A stretch of DNA of 51,130 nt from an uncultured Muribaculaceae bacterium (lineage in GTDB: Bacteria > Bacillota_I > Bacilli_A > RF39 > UBA660). Every line of letters starts with the position of its first letter. Position 1 is the stretch's first letter. Of the stretch, positions 43,114-51,130 are shown piece by piece. The notes beneath the pieces were generated by a model, which was not told the origin of the DNA, searched no databases, and saw nothing but the letters and a program-made list of their open reading frames with translations. The position numbers and the translations under genes were made by a program. The stretch spans positions 1 through 51,130 of the forward strand of contig CAZKKR010000002.1 in NCBI GenBank assembly GCA_964553605.1, read 5' to 3'.

Positions 43114-44279
43114 ATTTCACCATCTTTCAATGTTTTAGTAAGGGATGATGTCGATATTATTTTGGTATTGGCATGAATGGTTACTTTAAAATTTTTGAAA
43201 TACTTTTCATTCCACTTATTTTTTATTTTTTTCCATCTTTGAGGATAGTTTTTATATATCATATTACCAAAACCAAAAATATCACTTTGATATTCATATT
43301 GCATATTTTTTATTACTTTTTTTAAATCTTTTTTAATGTTTTTATTCCAAAACTTTTCAATATTTTCAATTTCTTTTTCGTTATTTAAGTTTATTTCCCC
43401 ATTTGCTTCATAAATAGTCCCTTTCATTTTTACATATATATCGGCGGCATTTTTATTTTTTAATTTTATTTTTGTTTTTAAGGAATTTGTAAAAATATTT
43501 AACAAATTATTTTTATAATTGATAGTATATATTAGTTCTTTAGATTCATTGTTTAAAATATAAATAGCGTCAGTTTCTTTTTTGGTTGCGGTTTTTATTA
43601 ATTTATCATTTTTGTATATAGCTAGAGGACCTAAACTTAAATATGCTTTAGGCTGCGCTGTTTCTAAATTTTCTGTTTTACTTCCTTCTTTAACAGGTCC
43701 ATTTATTTTTATAGTTGGCATTGTTGCTTCATAACCTGGTTTTAGAACTTTTCCTATGAAATTGGTGTAGGAGGCTGTATCATTAATTGAATTAGAATTT
43801 TTATTTGATTCTATTAAGGTTGCTATACTTTGAGATGGAAAAGATTCTAATGGTGAAACAATTTTTAAAACATCTCCAGCTTTATTATTATTTACCTCTA
43901 TTAAGTAAAATTTATTTCTGGACTGAGGTTCTCTCATCCACCAATCTGCCACTTTAAGAAAACCTTCTTTGCCAATTTTTTCTGATATAACAATGACATT
44001 TATGTGACTAAAATATAATTGTTTTGGAGTTTTTTTATCAATTTTTTTAATGGCTTCAGCTATGCTTTTTCCGCTAGCTTGATATATAGTTGTTTTGGCT
44101 TCTCCTTCTTTGCTGGTTGTTCCATCTTTTGGTGAATTAGCAATTAATAAAGTTACTTCATATTTGTTTTCTTTTTTGTCGATACCTGCGGCTGTTACAA
44201 TTGATAGTTTATTTAATTCAGCATAATCATTACATCCACAGAGGATTAAACAAACACCTAATGTTAATATTTTTTTCAT
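43110..44279 (-). CDS. Spore germination protein, Ger(x)C-type lipoprotein subunit
   Basis: Lipobox LILCGCNDYAELNKLSIVTAAGIDKKENKYEVTLLIAN, typical of the Ger(x)C N-terminus. Confidence 0.85.
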   Translation of the reverse strand: MKKILTLGVCLILCGCNDYAELNKLSIVTAAGIDKKENKYEVTLLIANSPKDGTTSKEGEAKTTIYQASGKSIAEAIKKIDKKTPKQLYFSHINVIVISEKIGKEGFLKVADWWMREPQSRNKFYLIEVNNNKAGDVLKIVSPLESFPSQSIATLIESNKNSNSINDTASYTNFIGKVLKPGYEATMPTIKINGPVKEGSKTENLETAQPKAYLSLGPLAIYKNDKLIKTATKKETDAIYILNNESKELIYTINYKNNLLNIFTNSLKTKIKLKNKNAADIYVKMKGTIYEANGEINLNNEKEIENIEKFWNKNIKKDLKKVIKNMQYEYQSDIFGFGNMIYKNYPQRWKKIKNKWNEKYFKNFKVTIHANTKIISTSSLTKTLKDGEI

Positions 44280-45736
44280 TTTTTCTCTCCTTGTTTGATT
44301 ATATTTTTAATGTGGACATATTTTGGCCTTTTATAGATATTTGGTATGGCAGATTTTATTATGGCATCTTTATTGTCATCTATATCAAAAGGGGCAAGGG
44401 GCGCCAGAAAAGAGGTATTTAAATTTTCCAGTGAAGCCATTTTGGTTATCCATATCAAAGTCATTGATAATATTCCGATAGCCCCCAACATGCTTGAAGC
44501 TATAATAAAAAGAAAGCGCCAAAATCTAATACCATTTATAAAATCACTATCTTGAAATATAAGACTACATATTGATGTTATAGCGACAATTATAATAGTA
44601 ATGGGTGATACTATAGAAGCATCTACAGCAGCTTGACCTAGCACTAAAGCGCCAACTATACTCATAGCTGTACTCATATTGGTTGGACTTTTTAAATCGC
44701 TTTCTCTTAATATTTCAAAAATGGTCATGAATATAATTATTTCAAAAAAAGTGGGAAAGGGAACACCTTCTCTTTGAACAGCAAGGGATATTAATAATTT
44801 GTCCGGTATAGTATTTTGATCGTAGGTGGCAACAGCTATATATATTGCGGGTGTTAATATGGTGATTATTAAAGCAAAAAATCTTAAAATTCTGGTAAAT
44901 GTTATATTTATGGCTTTTTCATTTTGATCTTCGGGAGATCTAATAAAATCTAAAAAAATGGTCGGTAAAATTAATACAAATGGGCTATTTTCAACTAGAA
45001 TTATTATTTTTCCATTTAATAATTCCTGGCAAGCGGTGTCTGGCCTTTCACTACTTTTTATTTGAGGGAAAATGGACTTTTGAATAGTTAGATAATCTCT
45101 TATATTCCCACTATCTAATATGCCGTCTATATTAATTTTTTTTAATCTTTTTTTTATTTGAATAATTTTTTTATTATCGGCAACCCCATTTATATAGGCA
45201 ATGGTTGTTTTTGTTTTTGTTCTTTTTCCTATTTTGATTTCTTCAAACCAGAGGTTAGGGTCTTTTATTCTTTTGCGTATTAGGCCAAGATTTTTAGCAT
45301 GACTTTCAGTAAAACTATCTTTTGATCCTCTAATTATGGGTTCACTTGTTGACTCGGTTATTCCTCTATCTAAAGGTGCTTTAGTTTCCATTACTATAGC
45401 TTGCTTATTGCCTTCTACGATAACTATTGTAAAACCACTTGATAAGTAATACGGAAATTTATTAAAATCTTCTATCACAAATAACTGACTATTAAATAAT
45501 TTATTTTTTAATGTGTTAAATAAACTACTAAAGATATTTTTATTTTTTAAAGTGTCTACCGTACTTTTAACAATGAAATCACTTATGGTATTTGCTTGGG
45601 ATGTGCTTTCTAAAAAAAGGAAACCAATTTTATTTCCTTTAATTTTTATTATTCTTGTAACAATATCGGAACTATTTCCATATATGCTTTTTATATCTTT
45701 TATTACTTTATCTATGTTTTTACTTATCCTTTTCAT
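44276..45736 (-). CDS. Spore germination protein, GerAA/GerKA-type subunit
   Basis: 486 aa. PDTACQELLNGKIIILVENSPFVLILPTIFLDFIRSPEDQNEK and C-terminal TM bundle. Operon order is A-C-B, as in gerK. Confidence 0.88.
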   Translation of the reverse strand: MKRISKNIDKVIKDIKSIYGNSSDIVTRIIKIKGNKIGFLFLESTSQANTISDFIVKSTVDTLKNKNIFSSLFNTLKNKLFNSQLFVIEDFNKFPYYLSSGFTIVIVEGNKQAIVMETKAPLDRGITESTSEPIIRGSKDSFTESHAKNLGLIRKRIKDPNLWFEEIKIGKRTKTKTTIAYINGVADNKKIIQIKKRLKKINIDGILDSGNIRDYLTIQKSIFPQIKSSERPDTACQELLNGKIIILVENSPFVLILPTIFLDFIRSPEDQNEKAINITFTRILRFFALIITILTPAIYIAVATYDQNTIPDKLLISLAVQREGVPFPTFFEIIIFMTIFEILRESDLKSPTNMSTAMSIVGALVLGQAAVDASIVSPITIIIVAITSICSLIFQDSDFINGIRFWRFLFIIASSMLGAIGILSMTLIWITKMASLENLNTSFLAPLAPFDIDDNKDAIIKSAIPNIYKRPKYVHIKNIIKQGEKK

Positions 45737-45756
45737 GCGATCACATCTTTCTTTTT

Positions 45757-45763
45757 TAGTATG
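45757..45763 (-). promoter_or_regulatory. Possible forespore-type -10 element (CATACTA) upstream of the ger operon
   Basis: The minus strand reads gaaCATACTAaaaaag about 20 nt upstream of the gerAA-like ATG. It matches CATxxTA, but I found no convincing -35. Confidence 0.25.
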
Positions 45764-45809
45764 TTCAAATATTTATAAGATATGATATAATTTTATTGGA
45801 TGTGATTAT

Positions 45810-46328
45810 ATGTCTTTAAATTTCATTTTGGCTCAAATATTTGGACTTGTTGCCGTGACACTTATGATTACAAGTTTTCAATGTGATGATAAAAATAAAT
45901 TGCTTAAAATTCAAATTTTTAGTTGTTTTTCATATGCACTTCAGTACCTTTTCTTAGGGGCAATTTCTGGGTTTTTAATGAATATTGTGTCTTCTATTAG
46001 GAATGCTATTTTTAAAAAATATGATAATAAAAAGGCTCCTTTGTGGGTACTTATATTGTTAATATTTTTAATAACTTTTTTATCTTTATTTGGATATAAA
46101 GGAACTGTTAGTTTACTTCCAACTGTAGCTATGTTGGCTTATAGTTTTGCAGCTTGGACTGCTGATATTAGATTAATAAGACTTATGCAGGTGTTGTCGG
46201 GAATATTATTTTTGATTTATGATATTATTTCTTTAGCTATTATTGGGGCAATCGGGAATTTTATTTTGGTTATTTCGGTATTAATTTCAATATATAGATT
46301 TGATATAAAGGGTAAGAAACATGAATGA
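45810..46328 (+). CDS. YgjV-like inner membrane protein
   Basis: 172 aa with about 5 TMs. N-terminal LAQIFGLVAVTLMITSFQ pattern recalled for the YgjV family. Confidence 0.5.
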   Translation: MSLNFILAQIFGLVAVTLMITSFQCDDKNKLLKIQIFSCFSYALQYLFLGAISGFLMNIVSSIRNAIFKKYDNKKAPLWVLILLIFLITFLSLFGYKGTVSLLPTVAMLAYSFAAWTADIRLIRLMQVLSGILFLIYDIISLAIIGAIGNFILVISVLISIYRFDIKGKKHE

Positions 46329-47487
46329 AATTATATGTGAACGATTAGATGATTTTGGAAGAGGGATAGGACATGTTAACGGGAAAGTGATTTTTATTCC
46401 CGATTTTTTGCCTTCCGAAAAAGCTTTGGTTAATGTTATTTTGGATAAGAAAAAATTTATGATAGGAGAAATTGCTGATTTAAAAGTCAAATCTAAAGAT
46501 AGGGTTTGTTTTGACTGTCCTTATGATAATTGTGGATGTTCACTTAAAAATTATAATTATGAAAAATCTCTTCAATACAAAAAGAATAAGGTTGAAGGAA
46601 TTTTAAAGAAGTTTGCGAATATAGATTTTAATATTAAAGAAATAGTTCCTTGTTTAAATCTTCCTAATTATAGAAATAAGATAACACTGAAAGTTAGAAA
46701 AGGGAAACTTGGATATTTTAAAAATGATTCTAATGAGTTAATTGAAATTGATAAGTGCTTAATTGCAAATAATAAAATTAATGATGTAATTAAGGTTTTG
46801 AAAAAAGAGAATTTATTAAACGTTAAAGAAATTGTAATTAAAGCTATGGATGAAGTAATGATTATAATTGATGGCGTTATGGATATTACTAATCTTAAAA
46901 AAATTGCCGATTCTATATATATGAATGATGATCTTGTTTATGGTAAAGAAAAAATTTTAAATCATATTTTAGATTATAAATTTTTGGTATCGAAAGATTC
47001 TTTTTTTCAAGTCAATAATGAAATTACCGAAAAACTTTATTTAAAAATTTTAGAATTTGCTGGCAAAGGAGATACTTTGTTAGATTTATACTGTGGAACA
47101 GGAACTATCAGTTTATGTTTAAGTAGTAATTTTAAAAAAGTAATTGGTGTTGAAATAAATAAAGAAGCTATAGAATGTGCGAATGAAAATAAAGAAATAA
47201 ATAAAATTAATAATGTTAGTTTTATATGTGGTGATGCAAATAAGATAGATAGTAATGCTGATATAATTGTTGTTGATCCAGCTAGAGCAGGGTTAAAAGA
47301 AGAGGGAATTAATAATATATTATGTATAAAACCAAGTGAATTAATATATGTTTCTTGTAATCCTGTAACACTTGCTAGAGATTTAAAACAATTCAGTAAA
47401 CTTTATGATGTTAAAGATATAGTTTTATTTGATATGTTTCCTTTAACACACCATGTGGAAACAATCGTGAAGTTAGAAAGGAGATAG
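46321..47487 (+). CDS. 23S rRNA (uracil-C5)-methyltransferase, TrmA/RumA (RlmCD-like) family
   Basis: TRAM-like N-terminus ERLDDFGRGIGHVNGKVIFIPDFLPSEKALVNVI. Cys cluster CFDCPYDNCGC. SAM motif LLDLYCGTGT. C-terminal YVSCNPVTLARD. Confidence 0.85.
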   Translation: MNEIICERLDDFGRGIGHVNGKVIFIPDFLPSEKALVNVILDKKKFMIGEIADLKVKSKDRVCFDCPYDNCGCSLKNYNYEKSLQYKKNKVEGILKKFANIDFNIKEIVPCLNLPNYRNKITLKVRKGKLGYFKNDSNELIEIDKCLIANNKINDVIKVLKKENLLNVKEIVIKAMDEVMIIIDGVMDITNLKKIADSIYMNDDLVYGKEKILNHILDYKFLVSKDSFFQVNNEITEKLYLKILEFAGKGDTLLDLYCGTGTISLCLSSNFKKVIGVEINKEAIECANENKEINKINNVSFICGDANKIDSNADIIVVDPARAGLKEEGINNILCIKPSELIYVSCNPVTLARDLKQFSKLYDVKDIVLFDMFPLTHHVETIVKLERR

Positions 47488-47488
47488 T

Positions 47489-48211
47489 GTGATGGAAGAA
47501 AGGCATGAAACATACGCTGGAACAAAAATTATTTTATTACTTTTAGTAATTTGTGGTATATTTGTATTTAAATTATTATATGGACCTTTTATGGGAAAAA
47601 TAGAAAAAAGAAATGTAAAAATTGCCACTATAAATTATTTAAACAAAAAATATGGTGATCATAATTATGAAATTATTAGTATAGAATATAATTATGATAA
47701 AGGTATTCTTTTTGGTTATACTAATCCTTATGGGTATGTTGTAAGATTTACAAGTAATGTTGTAAATCAATCTTCGTTATATGTCAGCGGTCTTACTCCA
47801 AAAAAATATAGATTTAGAGATAATTTTTTACACGATTATTTATCTGAGTTATACTCTAATTATTGGAAAATAAGTGATATAGCCCCTGTTGAAGATATGC
47901 AAACGTATTTTCTTGAAAAAATACAAAAAGAATTTGATCCAAATTGTGAAACAGTGGTGATCAAACATCCAAAAATAGTTATTCCAAATGATTTTGGAAG
48001 ACTTCCAACTATAGAAGAGTTAGAAAATAATATTCATTTTTATACAGTAGATAGTTTAACTTTTACTTTGTCAGCAGATGTGGCAAACGAAGAAGAATAT
48101 GAAAAAAAACTAAAGGCGTATTTGGAAAAAGAATTTGGCAGTAGCTGGCAGATAACAGTTTTTTCTAATGGGAAAATTCATTGTTACAGATCTTATTACG
48201 GGGTGTCATAA
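47489..48211 (+). CDS. N-terminally TM-anchored hypothetical protein
   Basis: GTG 47489 or ATG 47492 after GGAG. TM KIILLLLVICGIFVFKLLYG. Confidence 0.55.
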   Translation: MMEERHETYAGTKIILLLLVICGIFVFKLLYGPFMGKIEKRNVKIATINYLNKKYGDHNYEIISIEYNYDKGILFGYTNPYGYVVRFTSNVVNQSSLYVSGLTPKKYRFRDNFLHDYLSELYSNYWKISDIAPVEDMQTYFLEKIQKEFDPNCETVVIKHPKIVIPNDFGRLPTIEELENNIHFYTVDSLTFTLSADVANEEEYEKKLKAYLEKEFGSSWQITVFSNGKIHCYRSYYGVS

Positions 48212-48384
48212 CAAGAATTAAATATGTGTATTACAATATGTTATATTCTTTTATTTTAATTACTTTGTTTTTTACATAAATTTTACATAAATAAATATTA
48301 TTAATAATGAGTCTTATAAAAAGATAAAAGTATTGCACTTTTATCTTTATTTTGTGTTATACTATAAGTTGGGAAGGTGAGAAA

Positions 48385-51012
48385 ATGAAATATGTTTATT
48401 CCTTTAAAGAAGGAAACAAAAGCATGCGTGAAACACTAGGTGGTAAAGGTGCTAACTTGGCTGAAATGACAAGTATTGGTCTTCCTGTTCCACAAGGTTT
48501 TACGATAACAACTGAGGCTTGCCTTAAATATTATGAAGATAAAAGCACGCTTTCAGATGAGGTAATGAGTCAGGTTAAAGAAAAACTGGCTGAACTAGAA
48601 GAAATTTCTTCTAAAAAATTAGGAGATCCTAAAAATCCTTTGCTGGTATCAGTAAGATCTGGAGCCCGTGAATCAATGCCAGGAATGATGGATACAGTTC
48701 TTAATTTAGGTATGAATGATGAAGTGGCTAAGGGATTTTCTAAAATAACTAAAAATGAAAGATTTGTTTTTGATAGTTATCGAAGATTTATTCAAATGTT
48801 TGCTGATGTCGTAAAAGGTTTTCCTAAAAGTGATTTTGAGCATCAATTTGATAGAATTAAGGAAGATAAGGGAGCAAAATTTGATACAGATTTAACTGCT
48901 GAAGATTTAAAAGAAGTAGTTGATATTTATAAAAAAGAATATAAGAAACACGCTGGAGAAGATTTTCCACAAGATCCTACTATCCAGTTAAAAGAAGCAA
49001 TTCAAGCTGTATTCCGTTCTTGGAATAATGATCGTGCGAAAACATATCGAAGACTTAATGATATTCCAGATGATTGGGGTACTGCAGTTAATGTACAACA
49101 AATGGTATATGGAAATACTGGGGATAATTCAGGTACTGGTGTTGCTTTCACAAGAAATCCAGCTACTGGTGAGAAAAAATTATTTGGTGAATTTTTAATT
49201 AATGCTCAAGGTGAGGATGTGGTTGCTGGTATTCGTACTCCAGAACACATTGATAAATTAAAAAAGGTTATGCCAGATTGTTATAATGAATTTGTCAAAA
49301 TTTGTGATATTTTAGAAAAACATTACAAAGATATGCAAGATATGGAATTTACGATTGAAAATGGTAAATTATTTATGCTTCAAACTCGTAATGGTAAAAG
49401 AACAGCAAGTGCGGCTTTAAAAATTGCTACTGCATTTGTAGAAGAAGGCGCAATTACAAAAGAAGAAGCACTATTACGTGTAAATCCTCGTGATTTAGAT
49501 CAATTATTGCATCCTGTTTTTGATGAAAAAGCATTAAAAAAAGCTGCGGTTATCGCAACTGGATTAGCTGCTTCACCAGGTGCTGCAACTGGCCATATTT
49601 ATTTTAGTGCTGAAGATGTTAAAAAAGCATATGATAAAGGTGTTAAAAATATAATTTTAGCTAGAATGGAAACTTCTCCAGAAGATATCGAAGGAATGAA
49701 TTTAGCTCAAGGTATTTTAACTTCACGTGGTGGAATGACTTCACATGCAGCTGTAGTTGCCCGTGGTATGGGAACTTGTTGTGTTGCTGGATGTGGTGAA
49801 ATTGTAATTAATGAAAGTAAAAAAACTTTAACTACAAAAGATGGCAAAGTATTTAAAGAAGGAGATTATTTAAGCTTAGATGGTTCAACTGGTTTTGTTT
49901 ATGGCGAAGAAGTAAAAGTAAAAGAACCAGAAATTTCAGGTGATTTTGAAACATTTATGAGCTGGGCTGATGAAAATAGAACTTTAAAAATTTATACTAA
50001 TGCTGATAGTCCTAGAGATGCTAAACAAGCTAATAAATTTGGAGCAGAAGGTATTGGTTTATGTAGAACTGAGCACATGTTCTTTGATGAAAAAAGAATA
50101 TTTAACTTTAGACGTATGATTACAGCTAAAGATTTAGAAACAAGAAAAGAAGCTTTATCTAAAATTCTTCCTTATCAAAGAGAGGATTTTGAAGGATTAT
50201 TTACGGAGATGGATGGAAAATCTGTTACTATTCGTTTCTTAGATCCACCACTTCATGAATTCTTACCTCATGAAGATAAAGAAATAAAAGCTTTAGCACC
50301 TACTTTAAATATGAGTTTTGATGAATTAAAAGATAGAGTTAATTCATTAAAAGAATTTAATCCAATGATGGGTCTTCGTGGATGCAGACTTTCAATTATT
50401 TATCCAGAAATTGCAGAGATGCAAACTAGAGCAGTAATTGAAGCGGCTGTAAATGTTTCTAAAAAAGGAATTAAGGTAAATCCAGAAATTATGATTCCTC
50501 TTGTTGGTGATAAAAATGAACTTAAATATGTTAAGGAAGTAGTAGTTAAAACTGCTAAAGAAGTTCTTAAAGAAAATAAAGCTGATATTGCTTATAAAAT
50601 TGGAACAATGATAGAAATACCAAGAGCTGCACTTCTTGCAGATGAAATTGCTAAAGAAGCGGAATTCTTCTCATTTGGTACTAATGATTTAACACAGATG
50701 ACTTATGGTTTTTCACGAGATGATGCAGGTAAATTCTTAACAGAATATTATAATAAACATATTTTTGAAAACGATGTATTTGCTACATTAGATCAAACTG
50801 GCGTTGGTAAACTTATTGAGATGGCTGTTAAATTAGGTAAGAAGACAAGAAAAGATATTAAGCTTGGTATTTGTGGTGAACATGGTGGAGATCCTAAATC
50901 TATTGATTTTTGTCATAGAGTAGGACTTACTTATGTTTCTTGTTCTCCATTTAGAGTTCCAGGAGCTAGACTTGCTGCTGCGCAAGCTGCAATCAAAGCA
51001 AAGAAGAATTAA
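48385..51012 (+). CDS. ppdK: Pyruvate, phosphate dikinase
   Basis: MKYVYSFKEGNKSMRETLGGKGANLAEM. Phosphohistidine loop GGMTSHAAVVARGMG. C-terminal GICGEHGGDP. ATG 48385 after GGAAGGTGAG (the track ORF starts at 48352). Confidence 0.95.
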   Translation: MKYVYSFKEGNKSMRETLGGKGANLAEMTSIGLPVPQGFTITTEACLKYYEDKSTLSDEVMSQVKEKLAELEEISSKKLGDPKNPLLVSVRSGARESMPGMMDTVLNLGMNDEVAKGFSKITKNERFVFDSYRRFIQMFADVVKGFPKSDFEHQFDRIKEDKGAKFDTDLTAEDLKEVVDIYKKEYKKHAGEDFPQDPTIQLKEAIQAVFRSWNNDRAKTYRRLNDIPDDWGTAVNVQQMVYGNTGDNSGTGVAFTRNPATGEKKLFGEFLINAQGEDVVAGIRTPEHIDKLKKVMPDCYNEFVKICDILEKHYKDMQDMEFTIENGKLFMLQTRNGKRTASAALKIATAFVEEGAITKEEALLRVNPRDLDQLLHPVFDEKALKKAAVIATGLAASPGAATGHIYFSAEDVKKAYDKGVKNIILARMETSPEDIEGMNLAQGILTSRGGMTSHAAVVARGMGTCCVAGCGEIVINESKKTLTTKDGKVFKEGDYLSLDGSTGFVYGEEVKVKEPEISGDFETFMSWADENRTLKIYTNADSPRDAKQANKFGAEGIGLCRTEHMFFDEKRIFNFRRMITAKDLETRKEALSKILPYQREDFEGLFTEMDGKSVTIRFLDPPLHEFLPHEDKEIKALAPTLNMSFDELKDRVNSLKEFNPMMGLRGCRLSIIYPEIAEMQTRAVIEAAVNVSKKGIKVNPEIMIPLVGDKNELKYVKEVVVKTAKEVLKENKADIAYKIGTMIEIPRAALLADEIAKEAEFFSFGTNDLTQMTYGFSRDDAGKFLTEYYNKHIFENDVFATLDQTGVGKLIEMAVKLGKKTRKDIKLGICGEHGGDPKSIDFCHRVGLTYVSCSPFRVPGARLAAAQAAIKAKKN

Positions 51013-51027
51013 TATATAATTATTAGA

Positions 51028-51053
51028 AGACTAGAAAAATCTAGTCTTTTTTG
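51028..51053 (+). terminator. Rho-independent terminator after ppdK
   Basis: agactag (51028-51034), loop aaaaat, ctagtct (51041-51047), then tttttt. Confidence 0.7.
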
Positions 51054-51130
51054 TTCAGAAAATAGTAAACTTACGATTATTTGAAACTCTACTAACACTG
51101 TGGATACAATTAGTAATTTTTATATTATAA

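Noticed and set aside
44201-45785. Plus-strand ORFs 44201-44422, 44346-44555 and 45513-45785
   Set aside because: Antisense shadows of the GerAA/GerAC-like genes, which have strong family signatures.
120-48384. Longer N-terminal extensions offered by the ORF track (starts at 120, 10149, 10914, 26886, 30571, 37170, 39351, 48352; minus-strand 18887)
   Set aside because: In each case an internal ATG a few codons downstream has a proper RBS and yields a canonical signal peptide or family N-terminus. Several extended starts fall inside upstream genes or terminators.
1-51130. Mollicute-type genetic code (TGA=Trp), given the very low GC content and mollicute-like T4SS components
   Set aside because: Trp is encoded by TGG throughout, and TGA works as a genuine stop (for example the P60 hydrolase at 17599-17601). 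Long ORFs are intact under the standard code, and sporulation genes argue against a mollicute host.
1-51130. CRISPR arrays, rRNA, tRNA, IS elements, integrases, relaxases
   Set aside because: No regularly spaced short repeats. No tRNA-like cloverleaf other than the tRNA-like domain of tmRNA. No ORF with recombinase, DDE-transposase or relaxase (HxH/Tyr) signatures recognised.

Overview
AT-rich, standard-code Firmicutes chromosome segment from a spore-former (dacB-spmA-spmB operon and a gerA-type germinant receptor operon are present). Bases 1 to about 30.1 kb form an accessory locus that runs almost entirely on the + strand. It joins a Tad/Flp-type pilus module (CpaB-like, CpaF/TadA ATPase, TadB/TadC-like, a 72-aa pilin-like protein, two pseudopilin-like paralogs, a TadZ/ParA-like protein) to a monoderm-type type IV secretion module. 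The T4SS module has three VirB2-like two-helix proteins, a VirB6-like protein, a VirB3/PrgI-like protein, a VirB4 split into two coupled ORFs, an NlpC/P60 hydrolase and a VirD4 coupling protein. A 941-aa secreted Cys-rich protein precedes the locus. Before virD4 the locus is interrupted by two tandem cassettes. Each encodes a ~1170-aa multi-module peptidoglycan hydrolase followed by a small membrane-anchored protein. The two hydrolase genes share an apparently identical 5' 1.66 kb, then differ by a swapped central module and a diverged DD-peptidase-like end. No relaxase, integrase, transposase or prepilin peptidase is visible in the window. Bases 30.1-51.1 kb look like ordinary core genome: rhodanese, rmuC, rnr, smpB, tmRNA, dacB-spmAB, rluB, ferredoxin, the ger operon, a TrmA-family rRNA methyltransferase and ppdK. 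No rRNA, tRNA or CRISPR array was seen. All family calls come from motif and topology recognition by eye; no database search was possible.
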